64,000 nt of DNA from Ignavibacteriota bacterium (lineage in GTDB: Bacteria > Bacteroidota > Ignavibacteria > Kapaibacteriales > UBA2268), in assembly GCA_019637995.1 (NCBI GenBank), contig JAHBUQ010000001.1, positions 902,381 through 966,380 on the forward strand. The letters run 5' to 3'. Under the pieces are notes generated by a model that saw only the letters and a program-made list of their open reading frames with translations, had not been told where the DNA came from and did no database searches. Made by a program: the position numbers and the translations under genes. Positions 58,204-64,000 of the stretch are shown here, piece after piece. The stretch's first letter is position 1. Each line of letters starts with the position of its first letter.

Positions 58204-61200
58204 ATGCATAAGATTAGAGTAGTAACAGCGGCGGCATTGTTTGACGGGCATGATGTATCAGTAAATTTGTTCAGAAGGTTATTGCAAAAGCGTGGTGCTG
58301 AGGTTGTTCATATAGGTCATAACCGTAGTGTAAAAGAAGTTGTTACAGTCGCATTGCAGGAAGATGTGGATGCAATTTTGGTAAGTTCTTATCAGGGTGG
58401 GCATAACGAATATTTCAGATATATGGTTGATTTGCTTAAAGAATCCGGCGCTCCGAATATTTTGGTGTTTGGCGGTGGCGGTGGTGTGATTCTTCCTTCT
58501 GAAATTGAAGCACTTGAAAATTATGGAGTAACTCGAATTTATCACGCTGTTGATGGTCAGAAAATTGGAATTGACGGTATTGCAGATGATATTATCGCAA
58601 GAATTACAAAAAACATCGAAGAAAGCAGAAAAAATATTGAAATTTCTGAGGAGTTAATTTCTGCAAATAATTGTGAAAATCCTTTGACAATTTCCAAGCA
58701 ATTAACTGTAATTGAAGATAATGATGATGAAATTCTTCGCAGCAATTTAAGAGAATTATATAAAAAATATGATAAAAATAAATCTCTTGTTTTTGGAGTT
58801 ACAGGTACAGGTGGTAGTGGTAAAAGCTCTTTAATTGACGAGGTGATTGGTAAATTTTTGTCTTTTACTGATGCAAAAATTGGTGTTCTTGCAGTTGACC
58901 CTTCGAAATCCACAACGGGCGGCGCTTTACTTGGTGATAGAATCCGTTATAATCAAACTTTTAATGAAAGAGTTTACTTCCGCAGTTTTGCAACACGTAA
59001 AAGTAAAACCGAAATTTCACTTGGATTAAATGATTCAGTACTTGCTCTCAAGTCATGCGGTTATGATATTATTATTGTTGAAACCAGCGGAATTGGACAA
59101 GGCGATAGCAATATCACAGGAATCTCCGATAAATCTTTATATGTGATGACTTCAGAATTTGGGGCTCCTTCGCAGCTTGAAAAAATTGACATGCTTGATT
59201 TAGCTGATTTTGTGGCAATCAATAAATTCGAAAAGCGTGGCTCTGAAGATGCATACCGTGAGGTGAAAATTCATTTCCTCCGCAACCGCAATCTGAAAGT
59301 AGATAAAACTATTCCGCTTGATGAGCTCGAACTTCCGGTATATGCTTGCTCAAGTAATCAGTTCAACAATCCGGGGGTTAATCGCCTTTTCCGTGATATG
59401 CTGAATTTAGTGAGAGAAAATAATCCTGCTGTTAATGTGAAAGAAGATTTAATCTCAATGTTACCCACAAAATTTGACAGGTACAACGGATTAATCAGCC
59501 ATGACAGAGTTTCCTATCTATCCGAAATTTCAGAAACTGTAAGAAATTATAAAAATCGTGCTTTAGAGCAGGTTCAGATTGCAAAATATGCGAATAGTTT
59601 AAAAACTTCTGCGGAGATAATTGAAAATTCACAGATTAAGGATGAAGTTCAAAAAGAATTTGATAAAAAATATAATGAATTAAGTGAAGATTCCAGAAAA
59701 TTTTTAGAATCATGGACTCAGGTCAAAGATGATATGAGCCGTGAAGAGCTGAATTACACAATTATGGGTAAGGAATTTTGTATTAATCTTTATACAAAAT
59801 CGCTTTCCGGTTCGATGATTCCGAAAGTTGCCCTTCCAAAATATGATGATTGGGCAAATTTGCTTAAATTTTATTATTTTGAAAATCTTCCGGGTTCATT
59901 TCCTTATACAGCCGGAGTATTTCCATTCAAGCGTACTACTGAAGACCCGAAGAGGCAATTTGCCGGCGAGGGCAGTCCGGAAAGAACTAACAAGCGATTC
60001 CATTATTTATGTGCAAATGATTCTGCAAAGAGATTATCAACTGCTTTTGACGGAATCACACTTTATGCCGAAGACCCTGCTGTTCAGCCGGATATTTACG
60101 GAAAAATAGGCGAAGCCGGCGTTTCGATTTGCAATATTGATGATATGAATGTTCTGATGAGAGGATTTGACTTGATACATCCACTAACATCAGTATCAAT
60201 GACGATAAATGCACCTGCTCCGATAATGGTTGCATTCTTCTTTATGACTGCATTTCGTCGCGAGCTTGAAAAAGTGAAATCAAGTGGAAAATTACTAACT
60301 GATCCTGAAATTGAACAGCTGAAAATTGATACTTTCCGAAAAATTCGCGGAACTGTTCAGGCGGATATGCTGAAAGAGGACCAGGCGCAGAATACAATTA
60401 TTTTCTCAATTGATTTTGCAATGAAAATGATTGGCGACTTGCAGGAGTACTTATCTAAAAATCGCATAATGAATTATTATTCTTTATCAATTAGCGGTTA
60501 TCATATTGCGGAAGCCGGTGCTAATCCAATTACACAGCTTGCTTTTACACTTGCTAACGGATTTACTTACGTGGAATATTTCCTTAATCGCGGGCTTAAA
60601 GTTGATGAATTTGCACCGAATTTGTCCTTCTTCTTCTCAAATGGTATGGATCCTGAATATTCTGTAATAGGGCGAGTTGCCCGAAGAATTTGGGCTGTAG
60701 CTATGAAATATCGCTATGGTGCAAATGATAAAAGTCAGAGATTAAAGTATCACATTCAGACTTCCGGCAGGTCGCTTCACGCTCAGGAAATTGATTTTAA
60801 CGATATTCGTACCACATTACAGGGCTTACTTGCGTTCTATGATAATTGTAATTCACTGCATACAAATTCTTATGATGAGGCAGTTACAACTCCAACGGAA
60901 GAGTCAGTAAGACGCTCAATGGCAATTCAGCTTATCCTTTCAAAAGAATTTGGTATGCTGAAAAATGAGAATCCAAACCAAGGTTCATTTATTATCGAAG
61001 AATTAACTGATTTGGTGGAAGAAGCTGTACTGATGGAATTTAACCGTCTTTCAAGGCGTGGTGGAGTTCTTGGTGCTATGGAAACACAATATCAACGCTC
61101 GAAAATTCAGGAAGAATCTATGTATTATGAATTCCAAAAGCAGACGGGCGAATATCCTATAATCGGCGTGAATACTTATCTGAATGAAAGTGAGAGTAAT

Positions 61201-61446
61201 CCTTATGAATCTATGCAGGTTATACGTACAAGTGATGATGAGAAACGGCAGAGAATCAATGAAGTTAATGCTTTCAAATCTAAAAATGAAGCTAATTTAG
61301 AATCTGCTCTTGACCGCTTACGTACAACTGCACTGAAAAATGGCAACATTTTTGAAGAACTATTAAATACAGTTCAATACGCAACTATGGGACAAATTAC
61401 TCAAGTACTATATGAAATTGGCGGAAAATATAGAAGAGGAATGTAG
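58204..61446 (+). CDS. icmF: Fused isobutyryl-CoA mutase (B12-binding domain + MeaB-like G-protein chaperone + mutase substrate-binding barrel)
   Basis: The N-terminal B12-binding Rossmann domain carries DxHxxG (DGHDVSVN). The central P-loop GTPase has GVTGTGGSGKSS. The C-terminal ~550 aa are a methylmalonyl-CoA-mutase-like TIM barrel. The ~1080-aa length matches IcmF. Confidence 0.85.
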   Translation: MHKIRVVTAAALFDGHDVSVNLFRRLLQKRGAEVVHIGHNRSVKEVVTVALQEDVDAILVSSYQGGHNEYFRYMVDLLKESGAPNILVFGGGGGVILPSEIEALENYGVTRIYHAVDGQKIGIDGIADDIIARITKNIEESRKNIEISEELISANNCENPLTISKQLTVIEDNDDEILRSNLRELYKKYDKNKSLVFGVTGTGGSGKSSLIDEVIGKFLSFTDAKIGVLAVDPSKSTTGGALLGDRIRYNQTFNERVYFRSFATRKSKTEISLGLNDSVLALKSCGYDIIIVETSGIGQGDSNITGISDKSLYVMTSEFGAPSQLEKIDMLDLADFVAINKFEKRGSEDAYREVKIHFLRNRNLKVDKTIPLDELELPVYACSSNQFNNPGVNRLFRDMLNLVRENNPAVNVKEDLISMLPTKFDRYNGLISHDRVSYLSEISETVRNYKNRALEQVQIAKYANSLKTSAEIIENSQIKDEVQKEFDKKYNELSEDSRKFLESWTQVKDDMSREELNYTIMGKEFCINLYTKSLSGSMIPKVALPKYDDWANLLKFYYFENLPGSFPYTAGVFPFKRTTEDPKRQFAGEGSPERTNKRFHYLCANDSAKRLSTAFDGITLYAEDPAVQPDIYGKIGEAGVSICNIDDMNVLMRGFDLIHPLTSVSMTINAPAPIMVAFFFMTAFRRELEKVKSSGKLLTDPEIEQLKIDTFRKIRGTVQADMLKEDQAQNTIIFSIDFAMKMIGDLQEYLSKNRIMNYYSLSISGYHIAEAGANPITQLAFTLANGFTYVEYFLNRGLKVDEFAPNLSFFFSNGMDPEYSVIGRVARRIWAVAMKYRYGANDKSQRLKYHIQTSGRSLHAQEIDFNDIRTTLQGLLAFYDNCNSLHTNSYDEAVTTPTEESVRRSMAIQLILSKEFGMLKNENPNQGSFIIEELTDLVEEAVLMEFNRLSRRGGVLGAMETQYQRSKIQEESMYYEFQKQTGEYPIIGVNTYLNESESNPYESMQVIRTSDDEKRQRINEVNAFKSKNEANLESALDRLRTTALKNGNIFEELLNTVQYATMGQITQVLYEIGGKYRRGM

Positions 61447-61552
61447 TACAATTGATAATTGATAATTGAAAATTTAAATTAATGGACTTGGCTTTTTGAG
61501 GTTAAGTCCATTTTTTGTTTGGAATGAAATATCTAAATTGAATTCACCTGAT

Positions 61553-61846
61553 TTATACTCTATTTTTCCAATAATCTGGTTTTCTTTTAGAGTGCATTAT
61601 TGCAACAATAACAATTTTCTTCTTATCAATAAAGTAAATAATATTATATGGAAATCGCTTACATGGGCATTTTCGGGTTCTATCAGACAACTTTTTCCAT
61701 AGATATGGAAAATAAATAATACGTTTAATTGATTTTTTAACTTCCTCTGCAAATTCGTTTCCCAATTCGCCAAGTTGCTTGTTATAGTATTGAACGGCTT
61801 CCTTTAATTCGTTTTCTGCAGGTTCGAGAAATGTAACTTTATACAT
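61553..61846 (-). CDS. RelE/ParE-family type II toxin (plasmid-stabilisation protein)
   Basis: C-terminal …IVIVAIMHSKRKPDYW hallmark of the ParE/RelE superfamily, with a length of about 97 aa. Confidence 0.65.
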   Translation of the reverse strand: MYKVTFLEPAENELKEAVQYYNKQLGELGNEFAEEVKKSIKRIIYFPYLWKKLSDRTRKCPCKRFPYNIIYFIDKKKIVIVAIMHSKRKPDYWKNRV

Positions 61847-61848
61847 TT

Positions 61849-62076
61849 TTAAGTTAGTTTTAATCTGTTGAAAACTATTTCGGAATCAACTTCTTTAATA
61901 TCACCTTTGATGTAAGAATCAATTCTTTTTTCAGATTCAACCGCCCAGGAAATTGATACTTCATCATGAGAATCAGAATCAAAACTTGTAATTAGCTTAT
62001 CAATGATTTCTAATCTTTCAATTGGTAAAAGTGAAAGTAAATCAGCTACTAATTCATCTTTTTGTAAAGTTTGCAT
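61849..62076 (-). CDS. Putative addiction-module antitoxin (TIGR02574-like component)
   Basis: A 75-aa acidic protein (LLSLLPIERLEIIDKLI…) sitting immediately upstream of the RelE/ParE gene with a 2-nt spacer. Confidence 0.55.
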   Translation of the reverse strand: MQTLQKDELVADLLSLLPIERLEIIDKLITSFDSDSHDEVSISWAVESEKRIDSYIKGDIKEVDSEIVFNRLKLT

Positions 62077-62145
62077 ATTTAAAATTCCTTAATATTTATA
62101 TCTAATATAAACGAGTAGATATAATGAATATTATTGTTAATTATT

Positions 62146-62754
62146 TCAGTCCTTGATATTATAACTAATCAATTCTTTTTCAGATTTTTTGATAAAAACG
62201 CCCTTTTGTGAATGACTATTCTCTAAATGCTCTATTTTAATTAAACCAACTCCTGGTGAACAATAATGATAATCATCGAATCCGTGACCTGTGCCCATTC
62301 TAGCATAAAATTTGTACTTAATGCATCTAAATTTACCAGCCCGAACAGTTATTGTCGTATCAATATTTTCAACTTTGCAAAGACCAAAATCCGATGAATA
62401 AAAATCACCAACATTACAGGGATACGTGTATATCAAGTAATGGTTTAATTTGTAATTTGGGTCAACATAAGAAAGTAAACTGTCATTTATATATCCGAAA
62501 CTAAATATTCGACTAAAGTACTTTATATAAGAAAATCTAAAGTCATCAATAATTGTATCGCTCAATACCTTTATTGTATCCATTTTATATTTGACTAAAC
62601 TATCCTCACCCTTTACTTCGTATTCTTGATAAATCCAAATATTTCCCTTGTCAAGAGGAAGTATTCTCTTGATTTTTGATGGTTCCGTCGGATTATCACA
62701 ACATTGCAATAACAATATTACTGATATTACGATTAAATAATGAATTTTTCTCAT
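62146..62754 (-). CDS. Hypothetical lipoprotein
   Basis: Lipobox LLQCC. It overlaps the upstream T9SS protein gene by 4 nt. Confidence 0.4.
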   Translation of the reverse strand: MRKIHYLIVISVILLLQCCDNPTEPSKIKRILPLDKGNIWIYQEYEVKGEDSLVKYKMDTIKVLSDTIIDDFRFSYIKYFSRIFSFGYINDSLLSYVDPNYKLNHYLIYTYPCNVGDFYSSDFGLCKVENIDTTITVRAGKFRCIKYKFYARMGTGHGFDDYHYCSPGVGLIKIEHLENSHSQKGVFIKKSEKELISYNIKD

Positions 62755-64000
62755 CTCACTACCATAAATTTTTGTGAATAATTTCCTATTCGAATGAAAT
62801 ACACTCCTGCGGGTAGTTTCTCTACATTCATCCGATGACTGGCAGTCATCGGATGAATTTTTTCGGACATTACCTCAATTCCATGTACATCAAAAATTTG
62901 AACTTTATAAACTTCGGAAGTTTCCAAAACTTCCGAAGTTTGAATTGTGATGAAATCGCTTGCAGGGTTAGGAAATATCCTATTATCAAAAGGATTTATA
63001 ATTTCTTCATGATTTACTTTTGTCAGAAAATCGGATTTGAAAACACCATCATATTTTGTTCCTATATAAGCATTATTATTATCTCCAAATGTAATATCAG
63101 TAATGATAATACGACCAATTGATGTATCATTTAATGGGAGCCATTTGTTACCATTATCCTTAGAAAAATAAATCTGATTATTTCCAGTTGAATAATATAG
63201 AATATTGTTATTATCAATCTCCATGAATCTCACACCATCATTTGGTGAATCAAGAGTTGTGAAAGTTTTACCGAAATCAACAGACCTGAAAACCGCATCA
63301 CCACCCTGCCAGGCATTCATACTTATAAACAAATCGCCATTAGCATTAAAATTGACAAAAGTACCATAATTTTCAGGTACATCAACAGGTAGTTTCCGAA
63401 ATGAATTACAATTGTCATCAGAAAAATAAACACCTTCATGATAAGTACCAACAAGTACATATTTGTTCTGATAAGTTGCAATTGAAACAATTTGATAAAC
63501 ATTCAAATCAATTGTATGCCAAGAAACTCCATTGTCATCTGAATAATACAAATATCTGCCACTGGCATAAATTCTACCGTCGTCAGATTCTGCAAAACAA
63601 GTATTTGTTTCAGAGTCAGTTTCAAGATTTTCAATAATATTCCATGTTTGACCTTCATCTTTTGATAGAAGCACACCAATTTCACTGGAAGCATACAGAT
63701 TACCGGATTTTGAGTATAAAATTGCTGTACTCTCAATATCCGAACTTATTGGTAATTCTAATTGCTCCCATTCGATTCCGGAATTTGTCGTTCGGAATAT
63801 TCCGCTTGTTGTGGATGCAAAGACATTACCTTTTTGACTAATAGCAATTTGATTCACATTTGAATTAATAATCCCAATGTTCTTTTTTTCTCCTGAATTT
63901 TTAGCAATATCATAACATATTACGCCATTACTCCAGGTAGCTGCAAAAATATAATCATCTTTATTTGTAAGCGATTGAGACAGTACTTTTGGAAATCCAT
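62751..64000 (-). CDS. Secreted Ycf48/BNR-like beta-propeller protein with a T9SS C-terminal sorting domain, 5'-truncated at the window edge
   Basis: The frame is open from the track GTG (63857) through nt 64000 with no stop, so the N-terminus lies outside the window. Repeated SxDxGxTW blades (SKDEGQTWNI, SDDNGVSWHT, SVDFGKTF). C-terminal CTD AGVYFIRIGNYSQKFMVVR. Confidence 0.6.
   Translation of the reverse strand, partial: GFPKVLSQSLTNKDDYIFAATWSNGVICYDIAKNSGEKKNIGIINSNVNQIAISQKGNVFASTTSGIFRTTNSGIEWEQLELPISSDIESTAILYSKSGNLYASSEIGVLLSKDEGQTWNIIENLETDSETNTCFAESDDGRIYASGRYLYYSDDNGVSWHTIDLNVYQIVSIATYQNKYVLVGTYHEGVYFSDDNCNSFRKLPVDVPENYGTFVNFNANGDLFISMNAWQGGDAVFRSVDFGKTFTTLDSPNDGVRFMEIDNNNILYYSTGNNQIYFSKDNGNKWLPLNDTSIGRIIITDITFGDNNNAYIGTKYDGVFKSDFLTKVNHEEIINPFDNRIFPNPASDFITIQTSEVLETSEVYKVQIFDVHGIEVMSEKIHPMTASHRMNVEKLPAGVYFIRIGNYSQKFMVVR
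62909..62941. repeat. Second copy of the AAACTTCGGAAGTTT / AAACTTCCGAAGTTT inverted-repeat element, embedded in-frame in a CDS
   Basis: Two 15-bp arms separated by a 3-nt loop. It matches the intergenic hairpin at 45523–45555 with the arm order reversed, and it encodes a duplicated ETSEV motif in the protein. Confidence 0.7.

Noticed and set aside
1-64000. tRNA, rRNA, tmRNA or RNase P genes in intergenic spacers
   Set aside because: I scanned the 100–700-bp spacers, including 9129–9509, 12272–12683, 33194–33558, 43875–44246 and 55695–55959. I found no cloverleaf-compatible GC-rich segments with GTTC-type T-loops, and the spacers are uniformly AT-rich. A tRNAscan or Infernal run would be needed to be certain.

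Overview
This looks like a chromosomal segment from a low-GC (about one-third GC by eye) bacterium of the FCB group (Bacteroidota/Ignavibacteriota-like). Four secreted proteins carry type IX secretion C-terminal sorting domains (…GVYFVRIG…K(F/V)xxx), there are no obvious Shine-Dalgarno sites, and many lipoproteins use a lipobox Cys.

Most of the window is housekeeping genes:
- Purine, cell-wall and membrane functions: purC, a SEDS RodA/FtsW protein, a GT2 glycosyltransferase, cdd, murF, psd, and a BtuF-like binding protein.
- Translation, replication and RNA functions: ilvE, tsaD, cinA, a long rpsA, an ArsM-like methyltransferase, dnaN, ettA, rsmB and a DEAD-box helicase.
- A complete four-gene Na+-pumping methylmalonyl-CoA decarboxylase operon on the minus strand.
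- An acyl-CoA dehydrogenase followed by a fused isobutyryl-CoA mutase IcmF near the 3' end.

Several large secreted proteins are present: an OmpA/TolB-like protein, S8 and S41 peptidases, and two Ycf48/BNR-like T9SS proteins.

An accessory stretch at about 45.5–56.8 kb holds the unusual content:
- An overlapping two-gene cassette encoding an ASCH-domain protein and a 510-aa PIN-nuclease/GNAT-like/unknown-C-terminus protein. This is the main candidate for a novel toxin, defence or RNA-modification system.
- Immediately next to it, an intact IS3-family element with a programmed -1 frameshift.
- Directly beside the IS, a 110-bp tandem repeat array (about 3.3 copies, each with a UUCG-loop hairpin) flanked on both sides by C-rich tracts that are canonical G-quadruplex motifs on the other strand.
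- An orphan MNT-type nucleotidyltransferase.
- A DUF4160/DUF2442 pair, whose 59-aa member is missing from the ORF track.
- A MazEF-like (RHH antitoxin plus PemK/MazF toxin) pair inserted between two paralogous small outer-membrane beta-barrel genes.
- A lipoprotein gene whose N-terminal coding region contains a (TA)9 microsatellite.

A RelE/ParE–TIGR02574 toxin-antitoxin pair lies downstream of icmF. The first and last CDSs run off the window edges. No rRNA, tRNA or CRISPR array was recognised.
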